A stretch of DNA of 64,000 bases from Octopus sinensis (lineage: Eukaryota): positions 56,296,001 to 56,360,000 of the forward strand of contig NC_043000.1 in the NCBI RefSeq assembly GCF_006345805.1, read 5' to 3'. Within the stretch, counting starts at the first letter, position 1. Each line of letters begins with the position of its first letter. The position numbers and the translations under genes are program-made. This document shows positions 52,877 to 64,000 of the stretch, one piece after another. The notes under the pieces were generated by a model. The model had not been told where the DNA came from and did no database searches. It was given only the letters and a program-made list of their open reading frames with translations.

Positions 52877-54347
52877 TCTCTATATATAAAAGTGAAATGG
52901 CCAAAAGTTGTATGTTTGCATATCTCATTTAGTGGTTATGCAGGGTTCAATGGCAGTAGGCGTGCTCGGATTGTGGCGAAAATTTACAGGGACACGTAAA
53001 ATGAGGCGAGGAAGTGACTGGACTAGATTAGAAAAATCCATTTCAAAAGCTGTGGTTACTAGGGCAATAAAACCCATTTTCAATCAATTCTGCAAGCTGT
53101 GGCAGTCGTGTTTTGTGGGCAATTTTAATTAAAAAAAGCACAGATGCATAATCTACAGGCTCTTCCATTTAATAGTTCATCAATTTTTTGTGGAAATTGT
53201 TGGATCCCAAAAATTTAATTTTTTCTGCTTTTAAAATCTTTACTATGCTGGTCTTTTCTACTTTTGCCCCAATTAGGCAACCTCTTCCTCTGTAAAGTGT
53301 TTCTTCTATCTGAGACTTTAGACGCAAGGGAAGTTCCTCTTGCTGACCAGCGAAATAACTCCAACAATTCACAACTAGATAAAAATCCTAAAACAATAGA
53401 AGCTCGCCTCTCTATCTGGCACATTCAGCACCAACGCTCATGCATGAGGGAGACTCCAGCTGCAAGGGAGTCCTGTCTTTCAGTTCAACATGATAGAGAC
53501 CAACACTCAAAGATGAGGAAGACCCCAGATGTAATAGAGGCCTGTCTTTCAGCCAAACATGATAGAAACCAACTTGCACACCTGACTGAAACCCCAGCTA
53601 CAAGAGAGGCTCATCTTTCTGCCCAGCACAGTTAGCAACAACAACCAATCTTTAACAAAACTGCGAAAGAAAGACAGGTTAGACTGGCTACAAGACAGCA
53701 AACACGTCAAGAACATCAAGCTACAGCAAGGTATCCTCTTTGGTTTAATGCTGGCTTCAATTATAATCTCGACTTTGACTACTCCAATCACCCCGATATT
53801 AATATCGGCAAGATGGACAAGGTGTGCAGGTTCTGTGGAGCCACCAAGAAGTGAGTTGGTGAGGCTCCTAGTCTTTGCTGTTCTGGTGGCAAAGTTTGAC
53901 TTCCAGCGCTAACTGATCCTCCTGAATTTCATGATCTTCTCATCAGTAACTCTTCCCACGCAAAGCATTTCTGCAAAAACATATGGAAATTCAACACTTG
54001 CTTCGCCATGACATCTTTTGGTGTCAGGGATGGCAGAAATTCAAGAACAAACACCAACAACTCTGATGTTGCCAGTCCCTTGTGAAACAACAACTCAGTA
54101 CAGAATGAAAATTTTTACACCTACAAAATACAAGGTCAATGATACCATCTTATCGGAAGCCTTCGACCACAACTTGGAGAAGAGCCCCATTTCATGCAGG
54201 CGTCTTCATGGGTGGAAATGAAGAACTTTCTCACAGATGCAGAAATAAAACTACTATTGAGAGCAACATTACTGAAGGACTTCAAACGATGCTCCAGGCA
54301 ACCCATCCTTACGTTTGCGATCTACGTCTTCTTCAGTTCACTCAACA

Positions 54348-54394
<47 letters not shown>

Positions 54395-54989
54395 TTGCTT
54401 GACATGGCTCCCATCATGCCATGCTGTCTATATCACTTTTTCAATGGTTGCATCATTTCAAATGCAAATGTAAGCTACATGTTTTTATTTTGATGAAGAC
54501 TGTTCACTCGTCTTTAACAATTTTTTTTCTTTTTCACGCTCACCTTAAAATCACATGCCATCTTCTCAACACTGCATAACTCTCTCTTCTTATTGAACAC
54601 CGGTTATCTATGCACCACCTTCCTGTTACCCTGAGTAAGTCTTCCATTAAATTTTTCCTTTCCCATTTTTCCGAACCATTCAGTTTGCATTTTGTCTTTT
54701 AGAATTGAAAAAAAACAAGAGTGGGTGGTATCAAAAGGACTTGTATGTGCAACCTGATTACTTCTGCCAGTCAAACTCCTGAATCATGTGTTCATGTCAT
54801 GACACCGATTCTGCGAAATTGAGTTGGGTATGAGTAATCGCTTTCTGAAAGACTGTATTATCCATTTGCATACTTGCCTTTTTCAATCAATTTTTTAATA
54901 AAGTTTCCATTATTTTTAAAGACTTTTCATTTTTTTTTAAATGTGGCACTTCGAGAATACACCCAAATGAAATCGGGTCAAAAAGCTAG
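52877..54989 (+). mobile_element. Internally deleted Helitron with degenerate RepHel N-terminal region
   Basis: 5' A|TC(tctatatataaaag); 3' hairpin accc..gggt at 54961-54978 then CTAG|T; ETP..RE..LS repeats in the 53264 ORF; IGKMDKVCRFCGA..GEAPSLCCSGGKV (~53805-53897) and NIWKFNTCFAMTSFG (~53978-54022) are typical of Helitron RepHel. Confidence 0.85.
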
Positions 54990-55270
54990 TAAATATATAT
55001 ATACATATATGTATTTGTTCTTATATATTTGTATATTTGCATACACATTTAAATATACGTGCATGCAAATACAAATAAGTATAGACAGATATACACACAC
55101 ATGAATATATAAACATGTAAATATACGTGTGTGTACACACACACAGACACTCACAGATATAGCTACCCAAATACATTGATATATTTGCGTGTTTCTTATC
55201 ATTGTGTGTGTGTGTGTGTAATAATTATATATAGATGTGTATTAATACAAGCAAACATACATATATACAT

Positions 55271-55305
<35 letters not shown>

Positions 55306-55320
55306 CACCCACATATATAT

Positions 55321-55362
<42 letters not shown>

Positions 55363-55437
55363 CCACATATATATATATATATATATATCGAATTACACAC
55401 TCACTTGGACAGAGACACACACACACACACACGCACG

Positions 55438-55472
<35 letters not shown>

Positions 55473-56339
55473 CACACACACACACACACACACACATGCA
55501 CATTAACACATACATACATATTCAAAACAGTCTTCTGAGATTTCAACCATAGAAACCATGATAACAAACTCAGACATAAATGTATGGCTTCACTGAAAAA
55601 AAGCCTCAAAAGTGTAAAGATAATTGCTAAGCCTTTCCGATTTATACTTCAATTATGTCTTCTTATAAAAGTCACGAATAGCATAATTTTAATTACAACT
55701 CCAAGTTTTGAACACATGTTCATATGTACTAGTGGTGTTATGGCCATCAATTATTCAAATGTTTCTATGGTTTGTAAAAATGTAAAACCAATTCTTTTTT
55801 TTTGAAGAAGAAGAAGAATAGTGAATAACAAATAAAATGAAACATTTGATACGTCATTAAAGACTTGTTGCTGCTGTTGTTGTTGTTGTTTTTGGTGGTG
55901 GTGGTGGTGATCATCATGAATTTTGCTATTGTGAAACATAATTTGTTTTGAGAGAGCAGATCTATCCTTGAATGTGTTCCATCCTTGACCAGCCTGTCTT
56001 TCTTTTACATATAGTGTAGTCTGACCAGATTCTTCACACTATCCAGTATGCTCCCTTTTAACATGTGTATCTGTGTTAAGAAATTCATTTCCTAATCACA
56101 TTGTTCCTGGTTCAATTATTACTGCATGGCACCTTGGGCAAGTGTCTCCTACAATAGCCTCAGGTAGACCAAAGCCTTGTGAATAGGTTTGGTTAAATGG
56201 AACTGAAAGAAGCCCATCATTGGTGTGTGGTACTACCTCTTTGCCTTGACATCATGTGGTATTTGTAAACAAAAGTCACTGTCATGCAAGCGGTGCCTTC
56301 CATTCTCAATATTCTAAGAAAACACGTCTGAGAAATACT

Positions 56340-56770
56340 GGGTTTGAATTTTGGCACAAAGCCAGAAATTTCAGGGAGGGGCTAAGTCAGTTAAATTGAC
56401 CCCAGTGTATCAGCTAGGACTTGTTTCATTGACCCTCAAAATATGAAAGGCAAAGTTGACCCCAGTGGAATCTGAACTCAGAATGTAAAAATGGATGAAA
56501 CGATGCTGGACATTTTGCCCAGCAAGCTAATGATTCTGCCAGCTCACTGCCTTTTATATATGAAAGTAATATTTATTTCAAATTTTGACACAGAACCAGC
56601 AATTTTGGGGGAGGAGCTAAATCAATTACATTTATCCCAGTGCTCAAATGGTACTTATTTTATCGACTCCAAAAGGATGAAAGGTAAAGTCGAACTCAGA
56701 ATGTAAAGACAAACAAAATGCCACTTAGCATTTTGCCCAGCATGCTAAGAATTCTGCCACCTTACCACTT
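56340..56770 (-). mobile_element. Two tandem family A SINEs
   Basis: Similarity to other family A copies. Confidence 0.75.
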
Positions 56771-57089
56771 TATCTCAGGGAAATATTACCTCACTTGGAA
56801 ATAGGTGAAGGTTGGCAACTTGGAGAGCATCCGGCCATACAAAATCTACCTCAACAAAATTTCGCTTGACCTATACAAAAATGGAAAAGTAGACATGAAA
56901 ATGATGATTTGTGGTTTGGTGAAAATTTCATAGCTGTTTCTCATAGAAAACATAACTATTTAATTTTGTAGTAATTATTATTATGCAATAAACAGAACTA
57001 GGACAAAGCAAATCTGTCTAAGAATGCACATATATGTCCTTGTGTGTGCCTATGTCCATGCGGTTTTGTTTTCTTTTGGTATTCTTTCA

Positions 57090-57490
57090 TTTCTTTGTTT
57101 GTATTAATATATTGTGTTGGTCTGGAGGAAGGGAATGTTTATGGCATCTTAGAGAAATGAGGTGAATGCAGTTAATATCTCCCCTGAATAGTTGTAAATT
57201 GATGGCCATGGTGAAAAAGCATGTGCAAGGAATAAGAACTCCAGAGATCTGGCATTCTAGGGAAGAAATATTACACATCATAGGATTTTGGAAGGAGTGG
57301 ACGTGGTATTGATAATGAGAGTGAGAATAGATGATAAGAGATAAGAAGAGATGAGTTGTATGTTCTAGAATGAAGGCAGCACAAGAGCAGCCAGTTCTGC
57401 TGAACAGAGGATAGACTAGTAGCAGTGAAAAATACAGTGAGGAAAGTAAATTTGTGGGTCTAATGGCCTTTGTTTGAATGTGGCTTATGA
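57090..57490 (-). mobile_element. Degenerate L2/CR1-group LINE 3' end
   Basis: IQTKAIR..., FFPRMPDLWSS, INLQLFRGDINCIHL across frameshifts. Confidence 0.55.
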
Positions 57491-58017
57491 TAGCTGAATA
57501 TATGTATGTGTGCATATAGGTATATTTTCCTAATTATATTTTTTCAAATTTGTTTTACCAATGGATAAAAAATGGCAGTTTCTAGCCTAGAGACAAAGCT
57601 CTTTCATCAGATTTTAGACAATATTAGCAGGGCAATTTTGTTCATATGTGTGTGTATATGCATACACACAGATATACACACATGCATAAGGATTGTGTAA
57701 CATCTTTGTTTTAAAGGTGGGATGTGGGACATCAATTGAAAAAGCAGTGCTTGACATCGTCACCAACAGAAGATGCAAATAAAGGAAGGAGTGGGTATTT
57801 TTGAAGAAACATGCACTTTTCATGCAGAATTTAAGTGAGTTGCTTGAAAATGCACTACAAATGTATTAAATGAGGAAAGCTTGGCTTGCAATATATGCAT
57901 ACATGTATGTTTATCAAGAACTAGGCTCATAAGTATAATTTTGTCTGAGTGCACAATGTTCTTAATGGTCAGTGAGGATCTTCCTTGATCACAACTGGAC
58001 AGCCATCATGTGTGTGT

Positions 58018-58308
58018 TAGTTCGCTCCTTCTTGAGTCATTCCTGGCTCATAAGGGCTGGTTTCCATGGTGTATAGGTCCCCACCTGGACGGGACACCAG
58101 TCCATCGCAGGTGAGCTGCAAGGTGCAGGAAGAAAGAGTGAGAGAAAGTTGTGGCGAAAGAGTCAGCAGAAGTTTGCTATTACCTTCTGCCGGAGCCGCG
58201 TGAAGCTTAGGTGTTTCGTTCATAAACACACATATCGCCCAGCCTGAGATTTGAACCCACGATCCCTCGACTGCGAGTCCGCTGCTCTAACCACTAGGCC
58301 ATGTGCCT
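58018..58308 (-). mobile_element. tRNA-SINE related to family C
   Basis: Head gaggcacatggcctagtggttagagcagcggac..gggttcaaatctc; gatggactggtgtcccgtccagg domain; TSD ccatcatgtgtgtgt. Confidence 0.85.
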
Positions 58309-58431
58309 CCATCATGTGTGTGTGTGTGTGTGTGTGTTTGCACACATGTATGCATGTACATATGCAAACATATACATATGTATGTGTACATGCATGTGTG
58401 GGTGCAGGCACTGATGTCATGTATCTTGCTT

Positions 58432-58625
58432 CATGCTAAACTTTTTGAACATCTTACATATTTTGACAATGCCTTTGACAGCTTGTAAAAATAAACTTTT
58501 GATTAAGTGCCTTCTTTCTGATTTGGTGGACTTCAGCTTCTCAAGATTGGTACTGAAACAGCCTGCAGCAAAGAATTCCAATAACCATTTTTCCTGGTTT
58601 GATTTGTTTGAATTTCTCATCAACA
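58432..58625 (-). mobile_element. Probable RLE-type (R4/NeSL-like) non-LTR retrotransposon C-terminal fragment 1
   Basis: STNLEKLKSTKSERRHLIKSLFLQAVKGIVKICKMFKKFSM; homologous to the fragment at 58875-59014. Confidence 0.45.
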
Positions 58626-58693
58626 GAGAAAGAGTCTAGAAACAAGATTCCAGTAAAATACTGAGATGCAGATAGCATTAACATGGTAATGAT

Positions 58694-58740
<47 letters not shown>

Positions 58741-58874
58741 CTGTATGTATGTATGTATGTATGTATGTATGTATGTATGCATGCATGCATGCATGTACAT
58801 ATATTTGCATAGGCACTCACATGTACATACACATGAGTACAGTTACAAATGCCATTGCGTATGTGAATCTTAAT

Positions 58875-59014
58875 TCCATGCTGAGTATTTTTAATGTTTT
58901 ACAGATTTTAACAGTACCATTAATAGCCCAGAATTGTAAACTTTTAATTAAACATGTTCTTTCTGATTTTGTGAAACCAAGTATTTCAAAACTAGTACTG
59001 AGGTAATTGGTCAA
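58875..59014 (-). mobile_element. Probable RLE-type non-LTR retrotransposon C-terminal fragment 2
   Basis: NYLSTSFEILGFTKSERTCLIKSLQFWAINGTVKICKTLKILSM. Confidence 0.45.
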
Positions 59015-59500
59015 ATACCCAAGCGTTCAAATAATTACTGGTTGAAATTTAAAAGTATAGTCTAGACAGTGCACCAGCAGCTTTATCAACCATTTACATA
59101 CCCAGGATATGTGTATATATGTTTGTGAGGAGTGGGGAGTGGGAATGTCAGGGGGCGGGAGTACATTTAGCAAAAGGAACAAATTGCACTCTTCACAATG
59201 GTTTGTCTGCTTCGGTCGCAACTTGGCACTCAACTGCAACTTCAAGAACCTGTTTAGTACCTGTTTACAAGCAACAGTGGTCACACCCTGGTAAACTGCT
59301 TCCACTAGTGAGCTAAACCAGGTGAGAATAGCCAATGGATATGTTAAACTTGGTGAGTTAGGGTTTTCCAATCAATGCAAGCAAAGACTGGATCCAGCAA
59401 ACTTCATGGAAGGAAACCTTCATGACTCAACAGAGAGAAAGGTGGCTGCTGTAATGCATTGGGGAGTGCAAAGAGCAAAATGAGACAAGAAAGACATCTT

Positions 59501-59740
59501 TCGATGTCGAGGTGGTGAGCTGGCAGAATCGTTAGCATGCCAGGCAAAATGCTTAGCGGTATTTCGTCTGCTGCTACATTCTGAGTTCAAATTCCGCCAA
59601 GGTCGACTTTGCCTTTCATCCTTTCGGGGTCGATTAAATAAGTACCAGTTACACACTGGGGTCGATATAATCGACTTTATCCCTTTGTCTGTCCTTGTTT
59701 GTCCCCTCTATGTTTATCCCCCTGTGGGCAATAAAGAAAT
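59501..59740 (+). mobile_element. Family A SINE
   Basis: 14-bp TSD aagaaagacatctt (59487-59500, 59741-59754). Confidence 0.9.
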
Positions 59741-59969
59741 AAGAAAGACATCTTGGTCATCCACTGCATCCATCTCCACCCTCAGTCAGCTTGACCTGGT
59801 TTTGCCACTGGATTGAAGACGGTCATGGATGAGAGAGTGAGGTTGATGGTACACAGCTCCTCCTTACTTTAAACAAAGTCATCTCCAGTCTGACTAGATA
59901 GTCAGCATCCCCCTGATGGGCAAAATTAACAATATACATTAGAAGATAGGTAGGTAAGGAGGGTCACAT

Positions 59970-60340
59970 GTATATTTATTTAGTGTGGAATAATATTAAC
60001 ATAATAATAATGAAATTATTGTATACAGTGCTCAGGTGCACCACAACTTGTCAGAAAGTGCATATAGAGTATATGCAGTAATGTACAAATGTCTGGAAAG
60101 CGAACAATGTATGAGTCAGATACATGCTTGTGTGTGTATGGAGGGGAGAAAATCAGGTGTAGTGTTGGCGAATCTCAGAAAGCATGGAAGTTTTGAAGGA
60201 TGCAGTGCTCCGACAACTAACAACTGATGCCGGCAGTTTTTTCCATGCTTCAGCAACTCTCAGCGTGAAAAATTGTTTCCTAAAGTCATGGGAGCTGTGC
60301 TGTTTTCTGACTTTGTAAATATGTCCACGGGTGTTATAAG
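59970..60340 (-). mobile_element. CR1/L2-group LINE 3' end
   Basis: NTRGHIYKVRKQHSSHDFRKQFFTLRVAEAWKKLPASVVSCRSTASFK is the canonical CR1-group ORF2 C-terminus, followed by a 3' UTR. Confidence 0.85.
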
Positions 60341-60349
60341 TTAATGGCT

Positions 60350-60572
60350 TAAAGTGGCAAGCTGGCAGAATCATTAGCATGCTAAGCAAAATGATTAGCG
60401 CTATTTTGTCCATCTTCACACTCTGAGTTTAAATGCTGTAGGAGTCAACTTTGCCTTTCATTGTTTCAAGATCAATAAAATAAGTACCAGTTTAGTATTG
60501 AGGTCAAAGTAATTGATTTAGCTAGTCCCTTCTCTGAAACTGCTGGCCTTATGCCAAAATTTGAAACCAATA
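60350..60572 (+). mobile_element. Family A SINE
   Basis: Similarity to other family A copies. Confidence 0.75.
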
Positions 60573-61200
60573 TAATAACTTAATGATCTAGCCAGATGTA
60601 CCATTAGACTTATCCAAACTTGCTATGGGTACAGACTAATGGAAAAAGCAAGTCAGGCAATGTTGAGTGCAAACCACTCATACCATCAACTACTTCTCCT
60701 TATGGAAACAGAAGAGGATGTAAAAGAGACAAAGAAAAGAGTTATGCAAATACACATACAAAGACACACACACAGAGAAACATTAAGACAGAGTGAGAGA
60801 GAGAAAATGAGAATGAGACATAAGCACACAAGTTATATAAGGTGACAACAATGAAAATAATTCACTGATTTTATTACTTTCAGCTTTTTATATATATAAT
60901 GCTGAAAACAAACCAAAAAAAAAAAATTTACGACTATGAAAATAGAAGAACATGATACGAAGGATTATTCTTCATTTTTTTCAAAAAGAGTCAAAGATAA
61001 ATACTTTTATTGATTGAAAAATATATATAACAAATAAATCAAGTAAATACAGGACAAAAACTACAACAAGAAAACACTAGTATTTGAAACATTCACAACA
61101 ATAGAATCAAATCAAGAAAATTTGTTTACCATTTTATATTTTTCTTTCACAAAATACCTTAAAATTATTATGATTACTGTTATTATTATTATTGTTGTTA

Positions 61201-61243
<43 letters not shown>

Positions 61244-61878
61244 GAAACTCATGATTATTATTGAAAAAGAAATTATTGTGATGTTATTGTCATTATTATT
61301 GTTATTTTGCTTAATATTTTTTTTATTTAATTATTTACTTTAGTTTGAAGAACAGAATAACCATAGAAATGATAATTGGAATAATTAAAAATTACCATTT
61401 TTTTTTAATAGCCATATAAAATTTGTTTGTATATGGGTGTGAGTAATTCATGTATGTTTGTGTTTGTGTGAGTGTGTGTGTGCGTGTGTCTATTGCACAC
61501 TTTGGCGTGTATGTTTGTCTATAAATGTTTCATAAGAGACTGAAGGAAAGAGGAAGAATAAAAATGAGGATAAACTATAGCAAGGTTGAATGGAGTAAAA
61601 AGATGGAAAAACATAAACACTAACTCGAGTGGTAAAGGAATAAAGGAATGGATGGCACTAACCAAGAAAAAGAGCATGTATGTAGGTCATTGAGAAAGAG
61701 AGAGAGAAAGAGACAGACAGACAGACAGACAGAGAGAAAGTGAAACAGAAGTGTGAAAGAATTTGAGCAAGACAGAGACAAAGAGAGCGAGAGGAGTAAA
61801 TGGATAGACAGAAAAAATAAATATTAGAAACAGAAAAAACATACACACATACACACATACACATGCATGCACACACAT

Positions 61879-61912
<34 letters not shown>

Positions 61913-62302
61913 CGTAATCACCATCATACCCATCATCATTTAATGTCCAGTTTTCCATGCTGGCATGAGTTACATAGAATTTTTGAGGCAGATTTTCTAT
62001 AGCTGGATAATATCTCTGCAACCACCCCTCACTTGTTTTCAAGCAAGGTAATATTTCCCTATGTCTGGACATGTTTTCATGGAACTGGTGCAGAGTGCAC
62101 CGATTTCATCCTTTGTTCTACCAGTTCTTCATCTTTGTAGCTAAGACCTGATAGTTCTGCATTTTCTCATTTTCCTTCATCTCTATTCAGCAATCATAAA
62201 AGATTACAAGGTTGAAAATTTCACACTGTTAGTTATTTTTGTACTCAATGATCATGTATGATCATCTTCCTTTTCCATGAGGAAATTCCAGAAATTATTA
62301 TG

Positions 62303-62341
<39 letters not shown>

Positions 62342-62342
62342 T

Positions 62343-62948
62343 AAGAGTGTGAGCTAGCAGAATCATTAGCACACCTGGAAAAATGCTTAGTGGAAATTTA
62401 AGTCGATTTTGCCTTTCATCCTTTCAGGATCAATAAAATAAGTACCAGTGAAACAGGTGGGATCCAGTTAGAATTTTCTTCAGGTCGAGTAGCCTATCCC
62501 ACTCAAAAGGTCCCTGAATAAGGGTTGTTTAAGGATGATCAACAAAACATCCATGTTTCCAGAGGTGAATTATTCAAACCCCAAAGAATCCCTCTCAACA
62601 CATAGCTATGATGCTCCCCCACTACTTCTGCATGAGATCAGAGATGTACATATCATCAGCTACTAAGGAACATGCTCAACTGGTTAAGGTCAAACAACAG
62701 ACAAGCAAATTTGTGGTATTGAGCAGAATATTTGTTGTCAGTGGCAAGCTGGCAGAATCGTTAGCATGCCAGGCAAAATACAAAGTGGCATTTCATCCAT
62801 CTCTGAGTTCTGAGTTCAAATACTGCCACGGTTGACTTTGCATTTCATACTTCATGGTTGATAAATTAAGTATTGGTTGAACACTGAGACCAATTTAATT
62901 GACCTACACCCCACTCTGAAATTGCTGGCCTTGGTCAAAATTTGAAGC

Positions 62949-62985
<37 letters not shown>

Positions 62986-63662
62986 GAAGTCGGTCAGCTG
63001 GCAGAATCATTAGCATGTCAGGCAAAAGGCTTAGTGATATTTTGTCTGCCACTACATTCTGAGCTTAAATACTACTGAGGTTGTCTTTGCCTTTCATCCT
63101 TCAGGGATCGACTAAGTACCAGTTATGCACTGGGATTGATATAATTGACTTAATCCCGTCCACCAAATTTGAAACCTCGAGCTTCCAGTAGAAAGGATTA
63201 TTATTATTATTAAGGCGGTGAGCTGGCAGAATCGTTAGCATGCCAGGTAAAAATGATTAGCTGCATTTCATTCATCATAAACATGTTCAGAGTTCAAATC
63301 CTGCTGAGGTTGACTTTGCTTTTCTTCCTTTCGGATATCGATAAATTAAGTACCAGTGAAACACTGGGGTTGATGTAATCAACTAGTCCCCTCCCCCTAG
63401 ATTTCAGGCCTTGTGCCTACTGTAGAAAGGATTATTATTATTATTTTTATTATTATATTATTATTATTATTATTATTATTATTTATTATTATTATTATTA
63501 AGACAGCAGGCCAAAAAAAAAAGAATGCTTAGCAGTATTCTTTCTGGCTTTATGCTCTGAGTTTGAGTGTCACTGAGGTCAACTTTGCCTTTCATTCTTT
63601 CAGGATCGATAACATAAGTACCAGCTGTGCACTGGGGTCGATGTAATCAATTAGCCCCACCT
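62343..63662 (+). mobile_element. Cluster of five same-orientation family A SINEs, mostly separated by (ATT)n, with another repeat-like segment at ~62458-62738
   Basis: Heads at ~62343, 62740, 62988, 63212 and 63500. Confidence 0.8.
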
Positions 63663-63667
63663 ACCAT

Positions 63668-63822
63668 GAAAATAAAAATAAGAAATAAGTGGAAATTTTA
63701 CCAGTGGGTGGCACAAAATTATAAGGCACAAAAAGAAAATGACTCTCCCCAAACACAACAGAATATGTTTCAACACAAAAACTCACATAAAGAATCTTGC
63801 AAACCAAATCCAAAAAGGAAGT
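63668..63822. repeat. Second copy of the 47181-47449 repeat family
   Basis: Direct similarity: aaataaaaataagaaataagtggaaattttacc...ataaggcacaaaaagaaaatgactctcccc...gaatcttgcaaacc. Confidence 0.8.
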
Positions 63823-63842
63823 ATTATTATTATTATTATCAA

Positions 63843-63935
63843 TACAGTAAACCCCTCACCATATCACAGTTCACCTATCACACACTCAGTACATTGTGGT
63901 TCACCTATTGTACACTTAGTGCATCACAGATTTTT
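63843..63935. mobile_element. pogo/Tigger-like terminal fragment
   Basis: TA-cagtaaacccctc start typical of pogo/Tigger TIRs; internal duplication of gttcacctat; partner end not seen. Confidence 0.35.
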
Positions 63936-64000
63936 CTGGTTAATATATGTAAATTTATATTGCAGATTCCTCAGTATGTCCTGGTTTTTGCCGCTGATAT

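Overview
This is AT-rich eukaryotic DNA with a very high microsatellite density. The repeat families suggest a coleoid cephalopod, probably Octopus (inference). No host protein-coding gene, rRNA, true tRNA gene or CRISPR array can be supported, and nearly all ORF-track entries are microsatellite or SINE translations. The window is intronic or intergenic and packed with mobile DNA. It holds four abundant SINE-like families, many copies with clear 7-17 bp target-site duplications (TSDs). It also holds a decayed Penelope-like element (PLE) at ~48960-51900, an internally deleted mariner, a Tc1 remnant, three Helitrons, CR1/L2/RTE/RLE LINE ends, MITEs and a probable solo LTR. The best lead is a set of short non-coding elements carrying minimal type I hammerhead-ribozyme (HHR) motifs. 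One family has a tRNA-like (Pol III) head, an (AAT)n tract, an HHR and a tail; all three copies lie inside the PLE. Two of them form one inverted dimer bounded by a 14-bp TSD. A second, unrelated family at 47181-47449 has the same inverted-dimer/TSD layout and a U3-A8 HHR variant. Together these suggest a PLE-mobilised ribozyme-SINE (retrozyme-like) system. All calls were made by eye, and boundaries of degenerate copies are approximate.
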